A stretch of DNA of 64,000 nt from Octopus sinensis (GCF_006345805.1 NC_043009.1:54498001-54562000), one strand, 5' to 3'. Shown: positions 36,992-52,013, counted from the first letter of the stretch. Notes: a model not told the origin generated them from the sequence alone. Translations and numbers: made by a program.

Positions 36992-37647
36992 CACCGTGAA
37001 ACACTCACAATCTATACTCGGAGTTTCCTGGCACCAGCTAGTATGATTTTTTTCCGATTTCCTACAAAGGTTCATCACCTTCTGTGTAAAACTATATGAA
37101 GGTAACAGAGATGGTAGCTGGAAATCGGATATCATCCGCTGCTGCCGGGAAATTCCGAGTATTGCATGTGCATATTTTTTAATTGTCCCCTGTTCCAATA
37201 ATATTGATGTCTACTGTTTTTGTTGTTATAGATTACAATGGATTTGTTATATAATTATATAAATAACGAATCCTATGCAATCCGAGTGATGAAGTATCAT
37301 GTTATTAATTCGTCATTAATCTATTATTTTTAGTAATATTATTTCGTTGCGTGATTTAACTGCGATGCTGAGTGCAGCATTGTGCATTTATTTTAGTTTT
37401 CTCTTTTCTTTTATATACCAAAGTAATGTAACACAATAGTTAATTTATGAGTAATACAGGATTCATAGTTTTGCATTAATATGTTGGTCTGATTAAGTTT
37501 TTTCATGATAAGATTTGATTTAACGACTCTTTGTTCTGGAACACATTGATTAGAAACACTTTTGTCACAAACACTTTGAGCCAATTTTGCATTAGTCTAA
37601 TCCTATTTTTTGTCCAAATCACTTTGACCTAATTGTACCTTGATCCA

Positions 37648-37780
37648 ATGATATTTTCTTCCAAAACACTTTGGTCTAATCATACATCGGTTCTATGATA
37701 TTTACTTCCAAAATACATTGGCTTAATTATACATCGGTTTGATGATATTTTCTTTCAAAACACTTTGGTTTAATCACATA
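37648..37780. repeat. 47-bp minisatellite, about 3 copies
   Basis: ATGATATTT at 37648, 37695 and 37742. Confidence 0.75.
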
Positions 37781-37939
37781 TTGTTGGAATTAAACTTTCG
37801 TATCAACTTTCGATTACAACACATTTACTGCAAACCTATTTTTAATGAGATTTTTAATGACATTTTCGTCAAAATTGCTCTGGCTGGGGATCGGGTGGAT
37901 TAAAACATTTTGAATTATTATAATTAGTTTTAATATATC

Positions 37940-38170
37940 TATTTCTTTATTGCCCACAAGGGGCTAGACATAGAGGGGACAAACAAGGACAGACAAAGGG
38001 ATTAAGTCAATTACATCGACCCCAGTGCGTAACTCGTACTTTATTTATTGACCCCGAAAGGATGAAAGGAAAAGTCGACCTCGGCGGAATTTGAACTCAC
38101 AACGTAACGACAGACGAAATACGGCTACGCATTTCGCCCGGCGTGCTAACGTTTCTGCCAGCTCGCCGCC
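37940..38170 (-). mobile_element. Full-length SINE family 1 with a 19-bp TSD
   Basis: TAATTAGTTTTAATATATC at 37921-37939 and 38171-38189; head GGCGGCGAGCTGGCAGAAACGTTAGC; B box GAGTTCAAATTCC. Confidence 0.95.
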
Positions 38171-38822
38171 TAATTAGTTTTAATATATCGTTGTATAACA
38201 ACTTTGGCCAAGAAACATTCTTGTGTTTCGTCTAAAACTTTAGTCTGGTGACGCATGTTTGTCAACAAAATTTTGTTCATTTCAAATAACACTCTAGTCT
38301 CAAGATATTTGGGGCTAACAGAATTTAAGCCTAATAAACAATTGGCTGAAATATTTCCACCTAACGATATTTGGCCTAATTTAATTTAGTTTGTTGGTAC
38401 GAATTAAATTATATACTGTCTTGCATGTAGCCTGTGATGTTTCACTGTTGTCTACTACCCAATCGATTATTCTATAGAACGACACATCAATTTATTAAAC
38501 AAAAAATTACTGTCATTGGTCTCAGCTTACTACAAGAATTTAAATATAGTTCTTCTGTCAAATTGCTTTCAAGCATAGATTATTTTCTCGTTCGTAAGTG
38601 TGCAGATTATGTTTGATGCAAATTATTTCATTATTTAGAAAGCATCTTGGAGGGAAAAAAGAGTTTTGCATAATAAGCAACAGATAAATACTTGCAAGAA
38701 TGTAAAGTAATAAACGCCACCTTAATCGGAGAGTAAATTAAAACATTGTCATTTTTTCTGTGCATTGAAGAAGCATGAACTTTTGTATAAATATGAAATT
38801 CGCAAGAATTTTTCAATGTATC

Positions 38823-38897
<75 letters not shown>

Positions 38898-38967
38898 TAA
38901 GAATTTTTTGCGTAATAAGATAAAAAATCAAGGCTGTATAGATATTAGAGCATTTATAGATAGATGG

Positions 38968-39017
38968 TCTTACAGCTGTTTCTGGGATATTTATTAATAA
39001 TATCCCTTCATCGGAGA
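38968..39017 (-). ncRNA. Minimal type I hammerhead motif (family b), U4>C core variant, within a ~150-bp (TA)n-flanked repeat
   Basis: UCU CCGAUGA A GGGAUAU[9 nt]AUAUCCC A GAA ACAGCUGU A^AGA; palindromic helix III; homologue at 60596. Confidence 0.7.
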
Positions 39018-39244
39018 TGGTGTGAGAGGAAAGTTGAGTCATAATACATAATGTATATTATATATAACATTATATATAATATATATATATAATATATATA
39101 TCATATATAATATATATATATATTATTATATATATATATATAATATATATATATATATTATATATATATTATATATATATATATTATATATATATATATA
39201 TCATATATAATATATATATATATAATATATATATATATATATAC

Positions 39245-39308
<64 letters not shown>

Positions 39309-39721
39309 ATGTATGTATGTATGTATCTATCTATCTATGTCCTCTTCTATTTTTAATTATTTAAAGTCTTCCTGCGAAGAAGCTGTTCTCTAGCTAAAAT
39401 TGAAAATTCCATCGTTGTAATGTAGATAAGAAAAACAATATCACAGTTTGTACTTGAGAAATGTCTTGCAAATTTTTTGTGTCCGGCTTACAGATTATAT
39501 TTACAATGTGCATGTTCATTTCTTGGTACATTTCTTGTCTTTAAAACCCCAGCGGTTTCAGATTCTCATTTACTTATTGGTGTAAATGTGAATTTATAAT
39601 TTGGGTATAGAAGTGGAGGAGGAGGGGAGAACAACACAGAGATAATTACGAGGAGGATGAAGTGAGAAGGTGGAGAAAGGGGAGAAGAACAAGGAGAGAA
39701 GCTAGAGAAGGTGGAGGAGGA

Positions 39722-39980
39722 AGAGAGGTAGGAGGAGGAGGAAGAGAAGTAGGAGGAGGAAGAGAGGTAGGGGGAAGAAGAGAGGTAGAGGAGGAAGAAA
39801 GGTAGGAGGAGGAAGAGAGGTAGGAGGAGGACGAGAGGTAGGAGGAGGACGAGAGGTAGGAGGAGGACGAGAGGTAGGAGGACGAAATGTAGGAGGACGA
39901 GAGGTAGGAGGAGGACGAGAGGTAGGAGGAGGACGAGAGGTAGAAGGAGGGCGAGAGGTAGGCGGAGGAGAGGAAGAAGG
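39722..39980. repeat. Purine-rich 18-bp minisatellite (GAGAGGTAGGAGGAGGAC)
   Basis: Directly visible; the LLLPLV/PPTSRP ORFs are its readouts. Confidence 0.9.
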
Positions 39981-40534
39981 CATAAAGTTGTAAATGCGTT
40001 TTGCAGGCATTTCATGTTTTTTTGGTATTTCTATTACGGTATTGATGATGTCATGTGAACATCATGCGGTTTACGCAAGACAGCACGGAGTGTAACACCC
40101 TAACACCGAACGCCATACCACAACACAACGTGTAGTCGCCCAACACAGACAGTCTGGGATGCTTTCGGTCAAAAGTCTTCTGGATGAGAAGTGATCTCCG
40201 ACCGGACGACGACATCTACTACGACAAGAACATCAACAACAACAACAATGACAACAACAGAGGTAACGACGATTACAACAACAGCATCGGCGGCAACAGC
40301 AACTACTACTACTATTACTACTACTAATACTACTACTACTACTACTGCTATGTGTTTATTCATTCAGTAAATTGGTTTATTGGTTTATTGAAAAGTCTTA
40401 AACTTCCATTAATCAACTTCTTAATTGCTAATTATAACAACGAACGGTTGATTAACCAGCCAACCAGCCAACAATTGCTCCAATGTTGGTGGTAGTGGCG
40501 GCGGCAGTGATGGCGTTGATGGTGATGGTGGTTT

Positions 40535-40579
<45 letters not shown>

Positions 40580-40982
40580 GTGGTGGTAGTGGTGTGGTGG
40601 TGGTGGTGGTGGTGGCGGCGGTGGTGGTGAAGGTAGTTTTAGTAGTAGTAGTAGTAGTAGTAGGTGGTGGTGGTGGTGGTGGTTTTAGTAGTAGTAGTAG
40701 TAGTAGTAGTAGTGAGTGGTGGTGGTGGTGGTGGTGGTGATGGTGGCGGCGGCGGCGGCGGGGGCGGCAGCGTCAGCGGCGGCGGTGGTGGTGTTGGTGT
40801 TGGTGATGGTGGTCATCGCCGTCATCGTCGTCGTCGTCATTGTCGAGGCCTTACTACAACCTTAATCACTAATAAATACTTTCTATTTATTAACGTCCAC
40901 ATAAAATATTACGTTGCCACCAATTTCCACTGACTCTGCTCATGCTGCTGATATTGTTTGTTTGCACTCTTGCTATTGCTGT

Positions 40983-41268
40983 GGAGGCGCAATGGCCCAG
41001 TGGTTAGGGCAGCGGACTCGCGGTCGGGGGAACGTGGTTTCGATTCTCAGACCGGGCGTTGTGTATGTTTACTGAGCAAAAACACCTAGAAAAGTGGGCG
41101 GGGTAGCGACTCCTGTTGTACTCTTTCGCCACAACTTTCTCTCACTTTCTCTTCCTGTTTCTTGAGTAACGCTACGATTGACTGGCGTCCCGTCCAACTG
41201 GGGGAACACATACGCCACAGAAACCGGGAAACCGGGTCCATGAGACTGGCTAGGCTTGAAAAGGACGA
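40983..41268 (+). mobile_element. tRNA-derived SINE family 3
   Basis: A box TGGCCCAGTGG, B box-like GGTTTCGATTC; the body has GCTACGATTGACTGGCGTCCCGTCCA, reminiscent of the V-SINE central domain. Partial inverted copies at 41636-41802 and 42514-42670. Confidence 0.8.
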
Positions 41269-41635
41269 CATTTGTTATCGTGTCGCTATTGCTACTGCTG
41301 CTGCTGGTATTGTTGTTAACACTGAGACTGTTGTTACTCTTAACACAGCAGTTGTTCTTGCTAACACTGTTACTGTTGGTGTTGCTGCTGCTATGTTGAT
41401 GCTGTTGTCTTCTTCAATCAGGACTCACGCCATTAGCCACAAAGAATAATCTCTAATTCGAGCCTACTCTAATGGCAGTTGCACGGGCGAAAGCTACGTT
41501 GTTATCGTCATTCCGTAAACGATGGAGAGCTGAACAATCCTGGGGTACAGGGGATTCGCAATCTAGACTAGGGTCTGAAAGTTTACTACCACACCATAGT
41601 GGGTTACACCATGGTTCCTCTGCTTTGTGGCAGAA

Positions 41636-41802
41636 GTAGGAAGAAAGAGTGAGAGAAAGTTGTGGTGAAAGAGTACAGCGGGGATCACCCCTCCCCCGCC
41701 GGAGTCTCGTGGAGCTTAGGTGTTTTTGCTCAATAAAAACTCACAATGCCGGGTCTGGGAATCGAAACCGCGTTTTTACAACCACTGGGCCATTGCGCCT
41801 CC
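41636..41802 (-). mobile_element. SINE family 3, 5' part
   Basis: Reverse complement GGAGGCGCAATGGCCCAGTGGTTG…GGTTTCGATTCCCAGACCCGGC. Confidence 0.8.
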
Positions 41803-42513
41803 ACGATTCTGTGTTGCTAACACTGCTAGTGTTGTTCATTCTGCTGTTATTGATGTTGTTGCTCCTAGCACTGCTGCTGTTGTTGCTAACTTCGCTGTTG
41901 TTTCCTCTAATATCAATGCTGTTGTTGCTAACACTACTGCTGGAGCTGGGGCTGTTGTTTCTGCTGCTAAAACTGATGTCGTTGCTAACACTACTACTAC
42001 TACTACTACTACTACTATTGCTATGTTTGTTGTTATAGCTGCGATGATGTTGCTAACACTGCTACTGCTAGTGATGCCGCTATTATTATTGTTGCTACTA
42101 CTATAACAGGCGTTGTTGTTGCTAGCACTATTGCTAATGCTTCTGTTAATGTTGTTGATAATGCTGTTGCTAACGCTAGTACTTTCTTACTACTGATGTT
42201 TTTTTTTGTTGTTGTTGTTTTTTTCCCCATTCCTTCTGAGTATGCTGCTGGTATTGTTGCCAACGCTTCTGATGCTAAAAGTTATGAAGCTGTTGATAAC
42301 AACAAAAATAAACAAAAGCTGTCTACACAAACCAAAGATGGTGAACGTCGATGAACCTTACTTTTAAACCCAACGGCATGCGTTGATTGCTGTTTACTTT
42401 CGTTTGTACACCAATTTTACAGGTGTGCATGCTGTATGTTTGTATGTTTTGTTTTGTTTTTTTTGTTTTTCCAGTTTCAGCTCTTGAGCTGTGGCCATGC
42501 TGGGGCACCGCCA

Positions 42514-42670
42514 TTGTGGTGAAAGAGTACAGCAGGGATCACCACCCCCTGCCGGAGCCTCGTAGAGCTTTTAGGTGTTTTCGCTCAATAAACACACACA
42601 ACGCCCAGTCTGAGAATCGAAACCGCAATCCTGCGACCGCGAGTCCGCTGCCCTAACCACTAGGCCATTG
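42514..42670 (-). mobile_element. SINE family 3, 5' part
   Basis: Reverse complement ATGGCCTAGTGGTTAGGGCAGCGGACTCGCGGTCG…GGTTTCGATTCTCAGAC. Confidence 0.8.
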
Positions 42671-42814
42671 TGTATATCTATGTTGTATCTTGGGAGAGTT
42701 ATTTTGTTTATACGAAACTGACGCATGTACAGTACAGGTGTTCCCCATTGGTTAAGCGACTTTCCCAAAAAAACACAGGATTTCGCAGTGTAAACTGAAA
42801 AACCGATATGTGGG

Positions 42815-45348
<2,534 letters not shown>

Positions 45349-45470
45349 CTAAACTGGCAAAATGACCATTCCGAAATATAATAATAACAATATATATATA
45401 TATACATATAAAAAGGAAAGAATAAATAGAGTCAAAAAGAAGAGGGATACGATTAGAAAGCTGTTTAATG

Positions 45471-45559
45471 ACCACTACACATGTTTCGATACAACATATA
45501 TCCAACTATATACAGGATTTAAATTTAAATTAAGTAACGGTTGTATCTTCGCAGGTGAT
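45471..45559 (-). ncRNA. Hammerhead-like motif (family c), core one nucleotide short
   Basis: AUCAC CUGCGA A GAUACAAC[44 nt]GUUGUAUC GAA AC AUGU GUA^GUGGU: 8-bp helix II and 5-bp helix I. Confidence 0.55.
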
Positions 45560-45703
45560 ACATAATCGCTGTCTCCGTAATTAAATGTTCGATTTCGATG
45601 CTATCACATCCAACTGGCTCCTTTGAAAATATCTGTTCTTTCCTTTTTGCATTTTTACATTATTTACATTTGACGGATATTTGGCCTCATTTTGTTTGTT
45701 GTT

Positions 45704-45749
45704 AACACAACGTTTCGGCTAATATACCCTCCTGCCTTCATCAGGTGTC
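45704..45749 (-). ncRNA. Minimal type I hammerhead motif (family a), intact core
   Basis: GACAC CUGAUGA A GGC[15 nt]GCC GAA AC GUU^GUGUU: loop-less palindromic helix III (ACGU) and 5-bp helix I. Confidence 0.75.
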
Positions 45750-45814
45750 TTGGGGAAATTTCGAGCTTGGGTTCTCTTTTCTAAGGTTTTTTTTCAATGT
45801 AATTATTATTATTA

Positions 45815-45866
<52 letters not shown>

Positions 45867-45959
45867 AATAATATTATTATTGGGGTTAGTAGCCCACGCT
45901 CTTAATCACTATGCCATATGCCCGTGGGCAATTATGGAATGAATTTTTAGGTCATATAA

Positions 45960-47250
45960 ATCTAATATTTTCCTTTCCTCCCTTAATACCGGTTCCCATA
46001 TGCTATTCATATCTGCACTCGGTCTGCTTAGGAGGTTGTTGTGTCCTAGCATATGTGCTGCTTTTTTAGTTTTCGTATGGATGGTTGAAATTGAAGTTAA
46101 GGTATCGCCCAGTGAAGGTAGGTTTGCGTTATACGGATGTTCCGAATCCATACTCGGTGCGTGTTATTAATACGTCCAGGAATGCTAGCTGATTGTCTTT
46201 CCCTTTTCCATTGTGAACTGTATGGATGATGGATGGCTTTATTGAGCTCACATGATCTAACAGCACTTGGACATCTTCCTGGTGGGGCCAGAGTATAAAG
46301 GTGTCATCAACATATCGTAGCCACAGAGTCGGTTTTAGTGGTGTTGATCCTAAAACCAAATTCTCAAAGTATTCCATGTATATATTGGCTATTATCGGTA
46401 ATAGTGAGGAACCCATAGCTAAACCCTCTTTTTGTCGATATATATCAGTGTCCATACTGAAATAGGTAATTTCTACACAGAAGCTCAACATTTCCATCAA
46501 TTTTTTTATTGGTATACGAGTGCGTTCTTTTAGATGGGTATCTGTCACTAGTTTTCCTTGTATCACCGACAGTGCTTCACCAATTGGGACTTTGGTGAAC
46601 AGGCTTATCACATCTAGACTCACCATCTGGTTTGATTCAATGGGGGTATCCTTGATCAATTCTGTGAAGTGGGTGGAATTCTTCACGTACGATGTTGACT
46701 TTCTTGCTAATGGACTGATTATATCCACAAGGAAGCGGCTCAGTGGATGACATGCTGAACCTCTACAGCTCACTACAGGTCATAATGGAATACCATCCTT
46801 GTGAATTTTAGGGAGACCGTACACGTGTAGTAGGTTGCTGTAATGTTGAGTCGGTTGTCTGTATTTCATTAGTGTAAAGTGATCTTTGTTCTTGATCAAG
46901 ATCTGACAACTTCCTCTCTGTTTTCAGAATTGGGTCTTTCTTTACTTTGCTGTAGCTACCATCACTTATAATACTTGCCAATTTTTCCGAGTAGTCAGAC
47001 TTGTTCATCACCACTGTAGCATTTCCTTGTCCACTGGAAGTATTATGATGAAATTGTCACTCTGTTGTCTTTTGATAGCGAACTTTTCTTCCTTGATGAT
47101 GTTTGGTTTAGGAAGTTTCGTTTTTCCAGTTCTTGTCTCACCTTCCACCTTAGTTCATCTCCCTGAGCTTTTGGTATCTTTACGGCTATCTCTCAATAGG
47201 GGCTAATATGTCCAAGTATGGAATTTGCTTGATAGTTGTCACTAAGTATG
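45960..47250 (-). mobile_element. Penelope-like element RT pseudogene with an internal deletion and a C-terminal GIY-YIG remnant
   Basis: ILPVDKGNATVVM, YGLPKIHK, SLDVISLFTKVP, YRQKEGLAMGS, WLRYVDDTF, LAFLDVLI, YRKPT…YLNFN.NHP, then a jump to KKAAH…NLLSR…IWEPVL. Confidence 0.88.
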
Positions 47251-47257
47251 AAATGCG

Positions 47258-47700
47258 CTAGATGGTTGCGATATGTTGATGACACTTTTATATTCTGGCC
47301 CCACCAGGAAGATGTCCAAGTGATGTTAGATCATGTGAGCTCAATAAAGCCATCCATACAGTTCACAATGGAAAAGGAAAAAGACAATCAGTTATAGCAT
47401 TCCTGGACGTATTAATAACACGCACCAAGTATGGATTCAGAACATCCGTATACCGCAAGCCTACCTTCAATTCTCACCATCCATACAGTGTACAGAAGGG
47501 ATTGCTCAGTGCCTAAAACATCATGCAAAGAATATAAGCAGCAATTCTGATACCCACCACGAAGAAAAGATCAAGCTCAGAAACAATGTATTAAGCAACA
47601 ACTACCCCCAAAGGCATACTATCTACTCCAATTATGAAGATAAGAGAGGATGAAACCAATAAACTGTCTAGTGTCTGTCTACTGTATGTGAAAATTGTCA
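47258..47700 (+). mobile_element. Inverted partial copy of the same Penelope-like RT (YVDD to thumb region)
   Basis: RYVDDTFIFWPHQEDVQVMLDHVSSIKPSIQFTMEKEKDNQ…YRKPT is near-identical to the reverse complement of ~46120-46325 and continues into sequence absent from the minus copy. Confidence 0.88.
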
Positions 47701-48050
47701 TGATGTAAAGTGTAAAGGGGGAAACAGTTAAGGTCTATTCGTGGAAAGAAAAACCTACGGAAAAGACCACGGTAACCTCGGTCAATAATGTCACATGTTA
47801 ACTCATTAATTTTCAAGTAGGTAACCCTCTGTTTTAAATTTTTCAGGGTTCATAGGATTATGCTCAAGGTGGCTTCGTCCTTCATACATGCCATCCTTGC
47901 TACATTCACCCATCTTTTTTTGGGGGGAAACATTCGTTAGACAAAACTTGCCTCTCTATTATCACATTCCTTTTCAAGTGATACTTGAAGAAGTTGATGA
48001 GAGATTGACCAGGGAGGAAAGTGTTTGTCCCTAATACTTGATAGATAGCT

Positions 48051-48085
<35 letters not shown>

Positions 48086-48359
48086 AAGATGGGGTGGTGG
48101 AGAGAGATAGTTGTGGGTGTTGATTGGTCGACTCCCATGTAAATACAACCGTGTACTTCTCAGTCGTGATTCAAGACGGAGCCAATACATAAACTGAAGA
48201 ACAAAACGATAATCCAAAACAAATCTTTTATAGCTAGAACCTGTTATCAACCTGGAGAAATGCAGCATCTTACGGGTTATATTGAGAAATATTCTCGGAA
48301 TGTTATAGACATTGATGGAAAACCATGACAAAATATCAAAAATTTATAACCGATAATGG

Positions 48360-48940
48360 ACATGAACTACGCAGAACAAACGAGTAATCTGTTTAGGATT
48401 CATTGTGCGTAATAATACGTAAAAATCAGTGTAATATATTGCGCACTCATTTCCAGGAGAGTATGAACAATAAGCCTGGTAAATAAGCCACAGAAAGCCT
48501 TAATCATCCAAAATTACGCTCCATCTAGCGATTACAATAACGAACAAGAAGAGATTTTCTATGAAGATCTGGTAGAAAATGATAAGGGAATATAACAAAA
48601 AAGATGGGATTAGCTGTTCGTGATGTTGTGAAAGAAAATGTTAGTAAATAAGGCTTAGAGAGAAAAAATAAAGCTTTTCACGTATAGAATTGTCGAAAAT
48701 TATCACAAGAAAAAGAAACAAACTAATTACAGCAAAACTCGATATGGAAGCACAAAACTTCAAGAACAGTAATATAGTGTTCACCTGGAGGGAGATATAA
48801 TAAACTTATTGATTTTATTTTCATCACAAAAGGACATCAAACGAATATAAATGAAGCTAAAACTGGTGTTTCTCTACGTGCATCAGCTATTCTGATCTTT
48901 TATTAATAACTATAAACGTAAAACTGGGATATGTTCAAGA
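48360..48940 (+). mobile_element. Decayed APE-type endonuclease of an RTE-like LINE
   Basis: LIIQNYAPSSDYNNEQEEIFYEDL, plus TW…IDFI and SYSDLL (SDH-like) remnants across frameshifts. Confidence 0.65.
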
Positions 48941-49419
48941 AGTACCTGAACGCAAAAATAATGGTATGATGGTAAAGAATTTTGAAAATCAGAATTGAAA
49001 CCAAGAATCTCAACTACATGTATAATTATTATTATTTTCTATTTCAGTTCGTAGCATTCTGAGTTCAAATGCTGCCGAGGTCGAATTTCCTCCTTTCGGG
49101 TCGATAAAATAAGTACCAGTTGAAGAGTGGGGTCGATGTAATCGATTTAACCGCTCCCAATTATCGACGACCGCTTCTGGTGAAATCACTTCCTCAACAA
49201 AACGACTCGCCTTTCTCTTGAGGACCCGGATGATGCTTTAGCCCCCTCATCTTTCGCAATAATTAATGACTCTCAACAAACTTCAGGTGAGGCCTATAAT
49301 GAAGTTTTTCACTAGCATCAAGACCGGTGTTGCTACTGCAAACGCACACATCCAGGTCCGCATCCAGAAAAGGCATAAAGTCGCACCTATACACACTCCG
49401 ACCTTAACCCTCAGATGCA

Positions 49420-49639
49420 GTATTTTTTCTATCACGTTCCTCCTCACTTTTCTCTCTTTCTCTCTCTCTCTCTCTTTATTTCTCTCTTTGTTCCTTCCTC
49501 TCTATATCTCTCTCTGTTTCTCCTTCCCTATTTTTTCTCACTCTCTCTCTCTCTCTCTCGGTACATATTTCTCTCTCATTCTATCTTAGATAGATAGGTA
49601 GACAGACAGACAGACATACAGACAGATAGATAGATAGAT

Positions 49640-49735
<96 letters not shown>

Positions 49736-49775
49736 AGATAGATAGATAGATAGACTGATTGATTGATAGACAGAC

Positions 49776-49852
<77 letters not shown>

Positions 49853-49859
49853 TATAGAT

Positions 49860-49890
<31 letters not shown>
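49420..49890. repeat. Compound (CT)n/(GATA)n/(GATT)n/(TA)n/(GA)n microsatellite
   Basis: Directly visible. Confidence 0.95.
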
Positions 49891-51119
49891 TAGTCGTTAG
49901 CTTTTATATATTTCTATCTCAAATCGGCACTTCAGCGCTTCACAACGCATAGAAATCGAGACACGTTGCCCATGGATGGCCGATTGTCATATCATTAATC
50001 ACCTTGTAAACAACATTGCATCTAAATATTCACGATTGCCATTGAAGATCAATGAGGTTACTCTATATTACATTCTTCTTTATGTTCAATTTTCTGTGCT
50101 TTTTTTTTTCTTTCGTAGAAAGAAAAAAAAAACCACCTCCTGCTTATTACCTTTTCTACACCAGACGTCTACTCCACATGCCATGCACCTAAACAAGCCA
50201 AGAAATCAACACACACACATGTAGACGGTTGTATATACACGCAGTGATAAACATGGGTATACACTCATTCCCAAAGGACACACATACACACAAGAGACAA
50301 GATAAAAATCATAGTACTATCCATTATGATACTTTCAATCAATAGCGAGGAAATTAAATTACGGTGTGTGTTTTAAGTTAATGAATGACTAGATATTAAC
50401 TTACTAACCAGCTAAAGTGAAAGAAAAAACAATATTATAAAATATTATGTGGAAACAAAAAGGTAAATTAAAACATAAAAATTAATATTAAAAATTATAT
50501 TTTCAGATAATAAAGTTTGAAGTAATTAATTCTAATATTACAATATATATGTGTGTGTGTGTGTGTGTATATGTATCTATATGTATATGTATATGTGTAT
50601 ATATGTGTATGTATGTATGTGTGTATGTATATATATATACATATATGTATGTGTATATATATGCATGTACTTATATATGCATATATATATATATATATAT
50701 ATATATACATGTGTGCATATATATGTATGTATATATATGAATGTTTATGTGTATATAGTATGTATGTGTAAGTATGTATGTATGTATGTATGTGTGTATG
50801 TATGTATGTATGTATGTGTGTATGTATGTATGTATGTACGCGTATATTATGTGTGTATGTTTGTATGAATGTTTGTATGTCTGATTATGAGAGAATGAGT
50901 CAAACGGACAGACAGACTGACAGAAATTTTTTATCGGTTCGGTTAGAATATTACAAATGTTTTATTATTGATTAATGAAATTACATTATGTCATGAAAAC
51001 AATTCATATTTTTCTTTGGAAAAGAGGATGTTTGTGTTAAATATTATCACTGTATTAATTTCACATCAGAATATTAAAAAAATATAATGATATTTTAATG
51101 TTTGGTAGACGATACATGT

Positions 51120-51275
51120 AATTTATATTAGTTTAGATAATAATGATAATAAAGATGATAATAATAATAATAATAATAATAATAATATAATAATAATAAT
51201 AATAATAATAATATAATAATAATAATAATAATAATAATTACAACAACAACAACAATAATTATAACAACAGCGATG

Positions 51276-51337
<62 letters not shown>

Positions 51338-51360
51338 TAATAATAATAATAATAATTAAT

Positions 51361-51399
<39 letters not shown>

Positions 51400-51415
51400 T
51401 AATAATAATAATAAT

Positions 51416-51489
<74 letters not shown>

Positions 51490-51521
51490 CAACAATAATT
51501 ATAACAACAGCGATGATGATG

Positions 51522-51568
<47 letters not shown>

Positions 51569-51576
51569 TAATAATG

Positions 51577-51610
<34 letters not shown>

Positions 51611-51644
51611 CAACAATATTATAACAACAGCGATGATAATAATA

Positions 51645-51675
<31 letters not shown>

Positions 51676-51677
51676 TG

Positions 51678-51708
<31 letters not shown>

Positions 51709-51819
51709 CAACAACAATAATTATAACAACAGCGATGATGATAATAATAATAATAAATAATAATAATAATAATAACAACAACAATAATTATAACAACAGC
51801 GATGATGATGATAATAATA

Positions 51820-51900
<81 letters not shown>

Positions 51901-52013
51901 TATAATAATAATAATAATAATAATATAATAATAATAATAATTAATAATGATAATAATAATATAATAATAATAATAACACAACAATAATTATAACAACAGC
52001 GATGATAATAATA

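Noticed and set aside
37540-38400. Degenerate short-repeat arrays suggestive of transposon subterminal repeats around the SINE
   Set aside because: Too decayed to define termini or a unit; only the 47-bp triplet is reported.
40983-41060. Functional tRNA genes at SINE heads (also 18722-18838, 26441-26500, 45882-45925)
   Set aside because: A and B boxes are present but no complete cloverleaf or acceptor stem, and they continue into SINE body sequence.
47840-49440. Possible host exons (AG-preceded stretch near 47857; complex sequence at 49150-49440)
   Set aside because: No recognisable protein motif, no sustained ORF and no paired splice sites I can support.
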